From Candidatus Gottesmanbacteria bacterium (GTDB lineage Bacteria > Patescibacteriota > Microgenomatia > UBA10105 > UBA927): a DNA stretch of 64,000 nt. Shown piece after piece: positions 30,303 through 39,544 of this stretch. How positions within the stretch are numbered: the stretch's first letter is position 1; every line of letters begins with the position of its first letter. Under the pieces are notes generated by a model, which ran no database searches, was not told the DNA's origin, and saw only the letters and a program-made list of their open reading frames with translations. The position numbers were made by a program, and so were the translations under genes. The stretch is taken from positions 448,696 to 512,695 of the forward strand of contig CAWBPL010000002.1 of NCBI GenBank assembly GCA_963790805.1, in the 5' to 3' direction.

Positions 30303-31295
30303 ATGGATGAACCTGCCGTACCGCCAACAAATCCACCGTTACAACCAGCACCCCAAGAACCGGCGCCGCAACCCGTAACGCCATCAGTGCAAAACGCACC
30401 TTCACCGTTGCCCATTGAGGAAACACCCGAATTATCGCCGATTGTTGATGCGCCACAAGGTGCTTCGCCGATAAGCCCGAGTCCAATTCCTTCTTCGCCT
30501 CCGCCATCGTCGGCGAAACCAGTAACTTCAGCGACAAAAAAATCGGGTTCAGTTCTCAAAACGGTAGGAATTATTCTTCTGTTTGTCGTTCTTTTTGTGG
30601 CGGGAGTATGGCTCAGCAGCTTTGTCCGGCAGTTTTTACCGGGGGCAGGATCATCTCAAAATCAAAAATCGACGACAGTCTCAACACCCACGCCCAGCAC
30701 TGTTCCTACCGATCTCTATGCTACATGGAAACTCTATACTGTTATAAGCGGCGTCACGAAAACAGCCGTGCCCGGCATTAGTTTTAAACTTCCCCCTGAT
30801 GTTCTTGCACCGATTTGCGACGGGTCCAGTTGTGTTTCGCAGGGAACGTATTTGCCCGGTGGGACGCGATTTACTGTAGCAGCGCGAGGACTCGGACAGA
30901 GCCTTCGGGATTTCCGCGGTTCGCTTATTACCGATGCTGCCGGAACGCCATTCACGACGACTCAAACAACGATAGCTGGTTTGCCGGTGATCGAATATAG
31001 CGGGACGTTTACCGGTCAGACGCTTTCCGGCTATTCATTTACCCAGATGCATGGGTTTATGATCGGAGTGACCAATAGCGTATCGTTGGAAGTAAATCAC
31101 TTTACACCGAATGGCGTTACCGCGGATTTTGCGGCTGATGATACGCTATTCACATCTATTGTTAACTCATTCACATTTGCCGGAGCCACCCCATCGGCAA
31201 CGATTACACCGATTGTAACGCTTACTCCATCGGCTAGCGCTACCGCGTCTCCCACGCCGACACACGCGTCAACAGCAACTAGCTCAGGATATTAA
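30303..31295 (+). CDS. hypothetical Pro-rich membrane-anchored surface protein
   Basis: PPTNPPLQPAPQEPAPQPVTP low-complexity N-terminus, TM (VGIILLFVVLFVAGVWL), T/S-rich C-terminus. Confidence 0.45.
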   Translation: MDEPAVPPTNPPLQPAPQEPAPQPVTPSVQNAPSPLPIEETPELSPIVDAPQGASPISPSPIPSSPPPSSAKPVTSATKKSGSVLKTVGIILLFVVLFVAGVWLSSFVRQFLPGAGSSQNQKSTTVSTPTPSTVPTDLYATWKLYTVISGVTKTAVPGISFKLPPDVLAPICDGSSCVSQGTYLPGGTRFTVAARGLGQSLRDFRGSLITDAAGTPFTTTQTTIAGLPVIEYSGTFTGQTLSGYSFTQMHGFMIGVTNSVSLEVNHFTPNGVTADFAADDTLFTSIVNSFTFAGATPSATITPIVTLTPSASATASPTPTHASTATSSGY

Positions 31296-31298
31296 CTC

Positions 31299-33476
31299 TT
31301 ACGGCCACGAGGCAATGATAAGCGGTTTTCCATCCCACCCCAGAATTTTTTGATAGAGAGATTCTGTGACAAACGGCATAAACGGATGGAGAAGTTTCAA
31401 AATATTCATAAAAATATGCCGAAGTACGGCGAGCGCCTGCGGGTCGCCCGTTTTAAACCGCTCCTTGTTTTTTTCAAGATGCACATCGGCAATTCTGTGC
31501 CATGTAAAATCATAGAGTTTTTTGGCGGCATCGGAATACCGGTAATTTTCCATATTTTTCGTTACCGCCGCCTTCATCATGTTGAATTCCGAAATAATCC
31601 GTTTGTCATGGGCGTCCTTCAGTTTGGCGTGCATAGTAGCATCGTACCACGGGACATCTTCGTTCTTTGTTTTTTTGTATTCTTCAAAATTCATCGTCAA
31701 AAATCTCCCGATATTCCACAATTTGTTGGCGAAATTCCTCATGCCACGGATTTTATCTTCAGACAGCGACTGGTCGTTGCCGGCTGCAGTTCCAAATATC
31801 AGCGCCATGCGAAGGGCGTCAGCGCCATAGAGGTCAACCATTTTTAGAGGGTTAATGACATTCCCTTTACTTTTGCTCATTTTCTGGCCTTTAGCATCCC
31901 GTACGAGGCCATGAAGGTAAACGGTTTTAAAAGGTACCTTTCGGGTCATGTAAAGCCCCAGCATGGCCATTCGGCATACCCACCAAGGGAGTATGTCATA
32001 TCCTGTCTCCATGACGCTTGTAGGGTAGAAGTACTCATAGTCTCCTTCAAAGGGACTTGCCTGAAGCGTCGCAAACGGCCACTGGCCGGAGGAAAACCAT
32101 GTATCAAAGACATCCGGATCCTGTTGCAGGTTGGAGCCGTGACATTGAGGACATTGAGTGGGTTTCGTTCCGTCTGTGACGATCCAGTCTTCTTTTTTTC
32201 CATCAAAGCAATCGACGCAAAACCACGCCGGTATTTGTATGCCCCAAACAATTTGTCTTGAAATGTTCCAGTCATGAAAATCAGTAAGCCAGCGCAAGCC
32301 ATGTTTCTCGAACCGTTTCGGGACAAATGCAATTTTTTTCTCTTTTATTGCCTGCTTTGCGGCGTCGGTCAACGGTTTTACTTTCACGTACCATTGTTTG
32401 AGTGGTAACGGTTCGATTGCTCTGCCGCATTTGTAACAGGAGGCTTTCACCATCGCGTGCGCGCTGTCGATATGATCCAATGCATTAATTTCCGGTTTGG
32501 ATAAATCAGCAACCACCGCTTCGCGTGCATTGACGACCGAGAGGTTGTGGTAGCTAACAGGCACTTCGGAAATCGCCATCATTTTTCCGTTGAGACCTAT
32601 GACTTGTATGACGCGAAGCCCGTGTTTTTTGCCGGTTTCAAAATCATTGTGGTCATGGGCCGGAGTAATCTTAACGGCGCCGGTACCGAAATCCTTTTTT
32701 ACCACCGAGTCGGCGATTATTGGAATTGGCCGGTTGGAAAGGGGAATGAGTGCGGTTTTTCCGATGAACGTTTTAAATCGTTTATCTGTCGGATGAACGG
32801 CTATTGCTTCGTCGCCGAACATGGTTTCCGGTCGGGTGGTAGCGACAGTGATGGAATTGTTTTCGCCCGTTATGGCATACCGGATATAGTAAAGCTTGCC
32901 CATTACATCTTCATGTTTGACTTCAAGGTCGGAAAATCCTGTACCATCCTTGGTACAGTAGTTGACGAGTCGTTCTCCGCGATAGATAAGCCCGTCGTCG
33001 TACAGCTTTTTAAACGTTTTATAAACAATCGCGACTATTTTGGGATCCAGCGTAAAGATATTTCGCGACCAGTCAAGCGAAAATCCGAGTCTCCGGAGCT
33101 GGTTTTCCATGTTACCGCGATTATTTTGCACAAAATCCCAGATATTTTTATAGAGCGTTTCGCGGTCAAAATCAAAACGGCTTTTGCCTTCTTTTGCCAA
33201 CTGTTTTTCGTAGACATATTGTGTCTCAAACCCCGCGTGATCGGCGCCCGGAAGCCAGAGCGTCGGGTCTCCCTTCATGCGGTGGTAGCGGATCATAATA
33301 TCCTCTACCACGTACATCGCATGACCCAAATGCAAATCGGCATTGGCATTGGGGGGAGGGAGGATAACAGTAAATGGAGTTTTGGTTTTATCAATTTTCG
33401 GCGCAAAATATCCACCCTGTTCCCAGAGTTGGTACATATCACTTTCCGTTGCGGCGGGATTATATGCTTTATCCAT
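31299..33476 (-). CDS. valS: valine--tRNA ligase (short form, no C-terminal coiled coil)
   Basis: PPPNANADLHLGHA (HIGH), KMSKSKGN (KMSKS), a CP1 region with a Cys cluster. Start set at MDKAYNPAATE. Confidence 0.9.
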   Translation of the reverse strand: MDKAYNPAATESDMYQLWEQGGYFAPKIDKTKTPFTVILPPPNANADLHLGHAMYVVEDIMIRYHRMKGDPTLWLPGADHAGFETQYVYEKQLAKEGKSRFDFDRETLYKNIWDFVQNNRGNMENQLRRLGFSLDWSRNIFTLDPKIVAIVYKTFKKLYDDGLIYRGERLVNYCTKDGTGFSDLEVKHEDVMGKLYYIRYAITGENNSITVATTRPETMFGDEAIAVHPTDKRFKTFIGKTALIPLSNRPIPIIADSVVKKDFGTGAVKITPAHDHNDFETGKKHGLRVIQVIGLNGKMMAISEVPVSYHNLSVVNAREAVVADLSKPEINALDHIDSAHAMVKASCYKCGRAIEPLPLKQWYVKVKPLTDAAKQAIKEKKIAFVPKRFEKHGLRWLTDFHDWNISRQIVWGIQIPAWFCVDCFDGKKEDWIVTDGTKPTQCPQCHGSNLQQDPDVFDTWFSSGQWPFATLQASPFEGDYEYFYPTSVMETGYDILPWWVCRMAMLGLYMTRKVPFKTVYLHGLVRDAKGQKMSKSKGNVINPLKMVDLYGADALRMALIFGTAAGNDQSLSEDKIRGMRNFANKLWNIGRFLTMNFEEYKKTKNEDVPWYDATMHAKLKDAHDKRIISEFNMMKAAVTKNMENYRYSDAAKKLYDFTWHRIADVHLEKNKERFKTGDPQALAVLRHIFMNILKLLHPFMPFVTESLYQKILGWDGKPLIIASWP

Positions 33477-33539
33477 GAGGCTATTGTATCGCAGAAGATC
33501 GCGACGGAGCAAGCTGAGATCGAAATTAGTTTCTGAAGT

Positions 33540-34400
33540 TTACAGTTCGTCTAATTTGACGTTATCGGTTTTCTGGTCTTTGACGAGCTCAAGATACCGC
33601 TCGGTTGTGGAAAGGCGCTTATGACCGACGAGTTTAGAGAGCGTCGTAATCGGCGTTCCCGCCATCAGATGATGGGCAATAAAGGTATGGCGAAGGTCGT
33701 TGACCTTGGCTCCCTCAATGCCGGCAATTCTGAAATACCGGTCAATGGCGGTTCTGATGTTTCGAATAAGAAGCGGCCGGCCGGTTTTGGTAATAAACAA
33801 TGCCTTACTCGTTGCGTTATTGCCGCGTACTTCTATATAGCGGTCCAGCGCTTCTTTAGCAGCTTTATTCAAAGGCACGTTTCGTTCTGCATGACCTTCC
33901 TGCGCTGCGACATGAAGTTCGGTCGGTTTTATATCATCAAGCGTTAACGCGGCAAGTTCGCCGATTCGGACGCCGGTTTGTAAAAAGAGCTCAACGATGG
34001 CATAAATCCGGAGGTCTCCGCGGCACGCATCACGAAGCGCCCGATATTCAATTTTCGATAAAATTCTCGGAGGCTTGACCTCGTATTTCGGATGTTCAAT
34101 TTCGATCGCCGGATCGGAAGTGATGATTCCTGCGGCCTTTAGGAATCTAAAAAAGGTTTTAATGGAATTAATCTTTCGTGAAATTGACTTAGGGGTATAG
34201 TTGTCGCTTGCGAGCTTTTTTAAGAACGCATCCAACTCGTCACGGGTAATGTCCGTAATCGTCTTTTTACCCATGTTGCCCAAAAACAGGGTCAACTGTT
34301 CAATGTCTTTTCCGTATGCTACGATGGTAGCGCGCGCACGTTTGCGGCTTTCGAGATACTCAGTAAATTGTGTATGGGCATCTTTCAATGTAACGGCCAT
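33540..34400 (-). CDS. tyrosine recombinase, XerC/XerD family
   Basis: N-terminal SAM-like core-binding domain (ARATIVAYGKDIEQL). Catalytic box LRHTFIAHHL...LVGHKRLSTTERYLEL. It could be the chromosomal dif recombinase or an integrase, and lies about 0.8 kb from the island edge. Confidence 0.8.
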   Translation of the reverse strand: MAVTLKDAHTQFTEYLESRKRARATIVAYGKDIEQLTLFLGNMGKKTITDITRDELDAFLKKLASDNYTPKSISRKINSIKTFFRFLKAAGIITSDPAIEIEHPKYEVKPPRILSKIEYRALRDACRGDLRIYAIVELFLQTGVRIGELAALTLDDIKPTELHVAAQEGHAERNVPLNKAAKEALDRYIEVRGNNATSKALFITKTGRPLLIRNIRTAIDRYFRIAGIEGAKVNDLRHTFIAHHLMAGTPITTLSKLVGHKRLSTTERYLELVKDQKTDNVKLDEL

Positions 34401-34499
34401 GGTATTTTAGTTTTGGGCAGGTTTAGAGCGAGATATCACTCTAAATGGTTTAAGGATACCCTATAATATCACGAAAAAAGTCGCATTGCAAGTGGGAAT

Positions 34500-34853
34500 A
34501 TGAACCGTTTTATAGAGAATCCGATTATCCGATGGAGCATCATTCTCGTAAGTTTTTTCATCAGTATCGAGCTCATAAGCTCAATTATCGGCAATTTACA
34601 CCGTAACGATACACTTTCGCAGCGCCAAATGGTGCTTCATGAGGAACAATCCCAAAATCAGACATTAAAGAAAGAACTAAAAGAGGCGACCAGTGCCTCG
34701 TTTATTGAACGAATAGCACGCGACAAACTGGGGCTGGCGCGTGAAGGTGAGACAATTATTTTTATGGCCAAACCGCAGGTTTCCGATAATCAAACAGAGT
34801 CTTTAGGGCCACCACAATCGTTATGGGAGCGCTGGTGGAAGTTGTTTTTTTAG
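34500..34853 (+). CDS. septum formation initiator (FtsB/DivIC-like)
   Basis: N-terminal TM, then coiled coil ...QNQTLKKELKEATSASFIERIARDKLGLAREGETI. Confidence 0.65.
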   Translation: MNRFIENPIIRWSIILVSFFISIELISSIIGNLHRNDTLSQRQMVLHEEQSQNQTLKKELKEATSASFIERIARDKLGLAREGETIIFMAKPQVSDNQTESLGPPQSLWERWWKLFF

Positions 34854-34887
34854 AGTTTAGCTTGCGCTGATGAGTGAAGCGACGAAG

Positions 34888-34959
34888 TGCCAGCGGCAGG
34901 AATCGGACCTGCTGCCCATGCCTTATGAAGACACTGCTCTACCAATGAGCTACGCTGGC
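34888..34959 (-). tRNA. tRNA with CAT anticodon (elongator Met or lysidine-modified Ile2); CCA not encoded
   Basis: The reverse complement folds by hand. Acceptor GCCAGCG/CGCTGGC. D arm GCTC-ATTGGTA-GAGC. Anticodon arm GTGTC-TTCATAA-GGCAT. Variable GGGCA. T arm GCAGG-TCCGATT-CCTGC. Discriminator A. 72 nt. Confidence 0.85.
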
Positions 34960-35009
34960 CTCTGAGACAGAAACTACGTTTCTTTCCCAGCGATACTTTC
35001 TACCAATGA

Positions 35010-35048
35010 ATTGCGACGGGTTCAGGTCATAAAGCACACCGTCGCAAT
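35010..35048. repeat. perfect 10-bp inverted repeat with 19-nt spacer
   Basis: ATTGCGACGG (35010-35019) and CCGTCGCAAT (35039-35048). Confidence 0.8.
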
Positions 35049-35131
35049 GGATTTTAGCCTTTTATGAACCCGTTTATTTTATCGGTTTTGAAATCAAAAG
35101 GCAATGAAGCTTTCCGCGTCAGTATTTCAGA

Positions 35132-35161
35132 TTGACCATCAGGATGCTCTCCGAGTATAAT
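35132..35161 (+). promoter_or_regulatory. sigma70-like promoter aimed at the tRNA-like gene
   Basis: TTGACC (35132-35137), 18-nt spacer, TATAAT (35156-35161). It ends 24 nt before position 35185. Confidence 0.55.
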
Positions 35162-35167
35162 GATCAT

Positions 35168-35184
35168 GTTCTGATTTCAAGAAC
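35168..35184 (+). repeat. diverged copy of the island repeat block (palindromic ends GTTCT/AGAAC)
   Basis: GTTCTGATTTCAAGAAC directly abuts the tRNA-like gene. It shares GTTCTnAnTTCnnGnAAC with the copies at 45788, 46589 and 47730. Confidence 0.5.
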
Positions 35185-35254
35185 CGCGGGGTAGTGTAGA
35201 GTAGCACAGAAGGCTCATAATCTTCTAGACCAGGCGCGACTCCTGGCCCCGCAA
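35185..35254 (+). tRNA. non-canonical tRNA-like gene, anticodon CAT (possibly an element-borne or hybrid tRNA)
   Basis: Hand fold. Acceptor CGCGGGG/CCCCGCA (C1xA72 mismatch plus 6 bp). D stem GTGT/GCAC with loop AGAGTA (no GG). Anticodon arm GAAGG-CTCATAA-TCTTC. Variable TAGA. T arm CCAGG-CGCGACT-CCTGG (no TTC). Discriminator A. 70 nt. Confidence 0.5.
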
Positions 35255-36970
35255 CAAGCTAGGAATTGAAGCAAACATTTCGTCCGTTTGAGCCGTTGGA
35301 ATGCTCTGTTTATCGGGTGCGAGTAATTCCTGAAGTATTGGTGCTTCTTTTTTCATCTTCTTGATCACAATAAACGGCAACGGGCTTTCAATACGCAGTG
35401 TTTTATCTTGTAATTTTAGGTGCGAACCTAACTTTGATAATATCTCCCGTTTCACTCCGAGGTCGGGTTCTGCGAACCGCTCACGTGCATGAGCGGCAAA
35501 ATTGAATTTCTCGTTTATCTCGTCTGCGGCTTGGAGCATACGTTCGTCTATACTGCCCATCTGCTTCCCTAATCCTTTAATTTCAGCTTCCAGTTTGAGT
35601 TTCTGTTCCTTGAATTGTTCGTCAGATAACATGCTTCCATCACTATTGAGTGGTGAAATTTTGAGTTTGACGAGATTATCAAGTTCTTTCCGGGCGTCAG
35701 AGTGGGCACGAGTCACCGATTGTATTGCTTCCTCTCGGAAATCCCGCTCACCGTCATTCATTACATTGATTTGTCTGATAGACCAATCTACGAAGCACTG
35801 TGGTATTTCAAGAGATGAAATTTCAGCATCAATCTGCTTTTCAAATAGATCAAGTCGTATGCCTTTTTGTGTACACCGTAGGTCTTTCCGGCGTTTACAG
35901 CGATAGTAAATGTAATGCAGGATTTTTGGCTCTTTCATTTGGTCAATACGAGTTTTGCACTGTGGACACGCTTCTTTATTTTTCTTCGTTAAAGAAAACT
36001 TGAGCTTACAGGTACGGCAAATACACTGCCATTTCTCCTCTGCGGTGATCGTGGAGCCACAAAACCCGCATTTTAGCAGTGACGTATATGCCCACTCGTG
36101 ATTTTTGAGATGATATTTGCTTTTATGACCGAGTATTACCTGCACTTCTTCAAATAACTCATCACTGATGGCGGGTTCATGTTTTCCTTCGTGCCATTCT
36201 CCGCTCCCTTCGGGGTACTCAAATTTGCCTGTGTAGAAGGGATTGCCGAGGATTTTATAGATATTGCTGATAGACAACGGTCGCCCCCCCATTCGTTTTT
36301 GTTGCCTTGTCCTGTAGCCCCATTCCTTTTCCGCTAACCGGTGTATCTCAGTCACCGGCGTACCTTTTCGGAATAGCTCAAATATCCTTTGAATGAACGG
36401 GAGCCGTTCTGGATCGGTTAAAACACGCCTAAAACCGCTTTCCGTGCCTTTATCATTGAGATACCCCTGTGGTGCAACACCTGGACGCCACCCATCACGG
36501 CATTTTTTATCAAGACCACGTTTCACTACAATCGCCTTATCATCACTGTCTTTTTTGGATAATCCAAACTCCAAAGTTAGCATAAACTTATCTTCCGGCG
36601 TGTTGTGATATGTCCGGGATGGTGTACGGACTTCAAGCAATTTTCCCATATCAAACAGGTCAATAATTCGTCCGCCGTCAGTCATATTACGAGCTAATCG
36701 GTTAGGATGCCACGTGACTATCGCATTCGCTTCACCCTGTTCTATCCGCGTAATCATTGATTCAAAAATAGGACGTCCTTTTACATGGGCTGATTGTGAT
36801 TCATCTAACACTTCGATAACTCGCAGATTATGGCGTGATTTCAGACCTTCAAGGATATAAAGTTGCTCCGGGAGAGAAGCAGCCTGCCGTTCCTTGTTAT
36901 CCTCGCTAGACTTGCGGGCATATCGAAGTATTTTAGTTGAACAGTTTTGAATCCATAATAAAGCCCCCAC
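35225..36970 (-). CDS. large serine recombinase (resolvase/invertase N-domain + recombinase domain + zinc ribbon + coiled coil)
   Basis: N-terminus ILRYARKSSEDN (catalytic Ser region), NAIVTWHPNRLARN, and a Cys-rich zinc-ribbon block CGFCGSTITAEEKWQCICRTCK...CPQCK. The 3' end overlaps the tRNA-like gene by 30 nt on the opposite strand. Confidence 0.85.
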   Translation of the reverse strand: MGALLWIQNCSTKILRYARKSSEDNKERQAASLPEQLYILEGLKSRHNLRVIEVLDESQSAHVKGRPIFESMITRIEQGEANAIVTWHPNRLARNMTDGGRIIDLFDMGKLLEVRTPSRTYHNTPEDKFMLTLEFGLSKKDSDDKAIVVKRGLDKKCRDGWRPGVAPQGYLNDKGTESGFRRVLTDPERLPFIQRIFELFRKGTPVTEIHRLAEKEWGYRTRQQKRMGGRPLSISNIYKILGNPFYTGKFEYPEGSGEWHEGKHEPAISDELFEEVQVILGHKSKYHLKNHEWAYTSLLKCGFCGSTITAEEKWQCICRTCKLKFSLTKKNKEACPQCKTRIDQMKEPKILHYIYYRCKRRKDLRCTQKGIRLDLFEKQIDAEISSLEIPQCFVDWSIRQINVMNDGERDFREEAIQSVTRAHSDARKELDNLVKLKISPLNSDGSMLSDEQFKEQKLKLEAEIKGLGKQMGSIDERMLQAADEINEKFNFAAHARERFAEPDLGVKREILSKLGSHLKLQDKTLRIESPLPFIVIKKMKKEAPILQELLAPDKQSIPTAQTDEMFASIPSLLRGQESRLV

Positions 36971-37120
36971 CGGGTGGACTCAGATCGGTGAAGACCTGTC
37001 CCAATGGGGGCATTAAAAATCTCCACCTAAATCTCTGAGTCCATATTTATTATATGACCAGTCATAAAGTTTTATCAAGTTTTTGAAGCTATTTTTAATA
37101 CATAGACTTTTCGGCAAATG

Positions 37121-37681
37121 TCAGTGCGTGCATAGTTTTATTGCTTTTTTTAAGGAAGATTCGATATTTTTTCGCATCTTGCCCGCATACCATTTCCGCT
37201 TCAATTTAGCTTCCATTTCATCCAGTTCTGGTGCACTCGTAACGTTTCCGAACGTTTTCCAGATTCCGCTTAATTTTTGGCTTTCATACGTGAGGTTGTA
37301 ACAGTGTCTACAGGCGAAGTGTTTACCTCCGAGATATAGAACGCCTACTCTCCTGCCGCAATAGACACCGTTGGCATACCAAGGGCACTGAAACCAGTAG
37401 CGAAAGCCCCCAAAGTGACAAGGAGTCGTAATTAACGGAACTTTATAGTCGAAGTCCTGTTTCTCGCCTGTATCACGGTCAGTTTGAGTATAGGTAAATC
37501 GAATGTATTGCTCGCTGTCATCTATGTTCGATTGAATACCAGTGCTTCCTGTTTTTTCCCCATTTCTCGACCATGTCATTGTTCCTGATATCCCGCTACT
37601 AAAGTAGCCGTGTTTTTTAAGAAAATACACACTTACTTGTTTGAGGCTATCTGCTTCTTCTTTAGATGACCATCTACTCAT
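37121..37681 (-). CDS. hypothetical zinc-ribbon protein
   Basis: CHFGGFRYWFQCPWYANGVYCGRRVGVLYLGGKHFACRHCYNLTYESQ (a CxxC-type four-Cys arrangement). Family not recognised. Confidence 0.45.
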   Translation of the reverse strand: MSRWSSKEEADSLKQVSVYFLKKHGYFSSGISGTMTWSRNGEKTGSTGIQSNIDDSEQYIRFTYTQTDRDTGEKQDFDYKVPLITTPCHFGGFRYWFQCPWYANGVYCGRRVGVLYLGGKHFACRHCYNLTYESQKLSGIWKTFGNVTSAPELDEMEAKLKRKWYAGKMRKNIESSLKKAIKLCTH

Positions 37682-37898
37682 ATATTCTCCTACATACCGA
37701 AATCATTAGAGATTCTCATAATTTAGCCTCAACTACATGTTACAAAACCACCATTTATTCATCATTTTTCTGGTTTTATAGCCTTTGTAGATCATGTAGA
37801 GGGTGTTTCCGGTACTGCCAACAAGGATTTTTGAGCATCAAGGTTATTTTTTGATACGCCTGACGCTTCCCTAGGAAACTCTACATCCTCTACTACCT

Positions 37899-39173
37899 CT
37901 ACTTGTTTATCTTGCGGGATGCCGTAGCGCTCGCAGAGCGTGTGTCCCTTATATTATCCCACAGAATTTCGGTAACTCCATTGATTCGCCGGGTATTGAA
38001 GTTAAATAGTGATGAGTTTATCTTTCCAATTTTTGCCGGTGATACAAGATATTCTCCCTGTTCTCTGCTGCGTTCGCTGTTTATACGCTTGGCGATTTCT
38101 TTACATCTCAACTCAACGCTTTCGGTTATCATCGCAATCATTGTCCGAAGCACCTGCGCCGGTAGCTCATCGCTCCTCTGTGAAGTCAAATTATCTGCAT
38201 ATCCTTTGACAAACCGTATAATTTCGTCCCGCGCTACATTATCTTCGGCAATACTCAATATCGGAAGAATAATTTGATTGATTCTTGGTTCTACACCCGA
38301 TAATGCAAGTTTTAGATCAACCTCAAGTTGTCCGTAGTGTTCTAGGCGAAAGCCTAAAAGGATATTTCTAAGCTCTAACGCTTCTTTATTAAACACTTTG
38401 GGTAAGTGGATAGGAATATCACTCCGGAGCTTATTTGACATAATTTCAGTGAGGCAACGACTTTCTAGCGCTGAATCATCGAATCGTTTTCTGGTACTGA
38501 TGAGCTTGGGACCGTAGACGATATAGCTTGTCGGCACCCTATCTTTGGCGTCTCCTTCTGTCCGAAGGATTGGTATGCCCTTACAGTAGCCACAGTTGAG
38601 TATTTTTATGATCTCTGCGGACGCATCCGAAAAGCGAAAATCCGCCTCATCAATGATGAGTGTCCCACGATAGAGATTGATAATGCGGAAAATGGGGGAT
38701 GGTGTCGTTGCACCGGCTACAAACATCGGTTTATAACAAAGGCTCCCTATAACCTTCTGAAACCGTGTTTTGCCGGTCCCGTAGTCTCCTAGCGCCCGGA
38801 GATAAGGGAGCACCTCGAAGCAGTCATAGACCCACGTGAGAAGCACGTAATAACTTGCGAGCTTGCGGTAGGAATCGGACACATCGAGGTATCGGTAGAT
38901 AAAATCCTCAATTTCATTGACCAGGTCAGCTACGTTTGCTCCAAACTTCGGGTATTCTGGAAGTAAGATGGTTCCGTTGGCAGTCAGATCGTCTTTTGGC
39001 GGGATGTACGTTACATCTCCAAACTCGTATTTATCCGTAACCTCGTTTTTTTGGGTTAGCAAGTTATAAACCACAAACATTGATGCCTGGTTATTGCCGA
39101 TAAGCTCCACGACATCACCGTTGCCGGGATCGAGAAAACTGGTCTGCTTGAATTTTGTTTTTTGGTCTGTCAT
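37899..39173 (-). CDS. P-loop NTPase, putative element replication (primase/helicase-like) protein
   Basis: Walker A GDYGTGKT and Walker B TLIIDEAD. 4-nt overlap with the upstream small gene. Confidence 0.45.
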   Translation of the reverse strand: MTDQKTKFKQTSFLDPGNGDVVELIGNNQASMFVVYNLLTQKNEVTDKYEFGDVTYIPPKDDLTANGTILLPEYPKFGANVADLVNEIEDFIYRYLDVSDSYRKLASYYVLLTWVYDCFEVLPYLRALGDYGTGKTRFQKVIGSLCYKPMFVAGATTPSPIFRIINLYRGTLIIDEADFRFSDASAEIIKILNCGYCKGIPILRTEGDAKDRVPTSYIVYGPKLISTRKRFDDSALESRCLTEIMSNKLRSDIPIHLPKVFNKEALELRNILLGFRLEHYGQLEVDLKLALSGVEPRINQIILPILSIAEDNVARDEIIRFVKGYADNLTSQRSDELPAQVLRTMIAMITESVELRCKEIAKRINSERSREQGEYLVSPAKIGKINSSLFNFNTRRINGVTEILWDNIRDTRSASATASRKINK

Positions 39174-39385
39174 ATAGGTTTAGGTTGAGATAAAAGCTTG
39201 CTCACTCGTTCGGTTTGCTGTCTTATTTTGTTATCGATGGTCGGCAAGATGCGCTCGTTGATAAACTTAGCCTTGTTTTTATCGCCGGTTCGCATAAAAT
39301 CTAGTCGTTTACAAAATAAGTCAGTGCTTTCGTCCAAATAAGCAACAAGCGTGTCTAGTTCAGCCAGTAATTCTTTTTTGTCCAT
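39170..39385 (-). CDS. hypothetical small protein
   Basis: 71-aa ORF in operonic overlap with the P-loop gene. Confidence 0.35.
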   Translation of the reverse strand: MDKKELLAELDTLVAYLDESTDLFCKRLDFMRTGDKNKAKFINERILPTIDNKIRQQTERVSKLLSQPKPI

Positions 39386-39542
39386 AAACCCCTAGTTTCG
39401 TTAATCGCTTTGGGAAATACACCACTCTCACCAAATCCACTAGCCTCGTGCCTTCCTCAAGCGCTTTTTCGTAGGATATTTCTTTCCCGAACGTTTGTTT
39501 ATAAAGTTTTTGATATTCCATAATGGCTTGTTGGGATAACAT
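39360..39542 (-). CDS. hypothetical small protein
   Basis: Start placed at MLSQQAIMEYQKLYKQTFGKEISYEKALEEG, which abuts the stop of the DUF5659 gene at 39545. Confidence 0.35.
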   Translation of the reverse strand: MLSQQAIMEYQKLYKQTFGKEISYEKALEEGTRLVDLVRVVYFPKRLTKLGVYGQKRITG

Positions 39543-39544
39543 AT

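Noticed and set aside
32547-33536. 329-aa + strand ORF
   Set aside because: It lies entirely antisense to valS, has low-complexity Arg/Phe-rich composition and no motifs. It is a shadow ORF.
33540-34400. The Xer-like tyrosine recombinase as the island integrase
   Set aside because: An ftsB-like gene and a canonical tRNA separate it from the island. Its size (286 aa) and motifs fit a chromosomal XerC/D. A role at the repeats cannot be excluded, so it is mentioned in the findings but not called an integrase.
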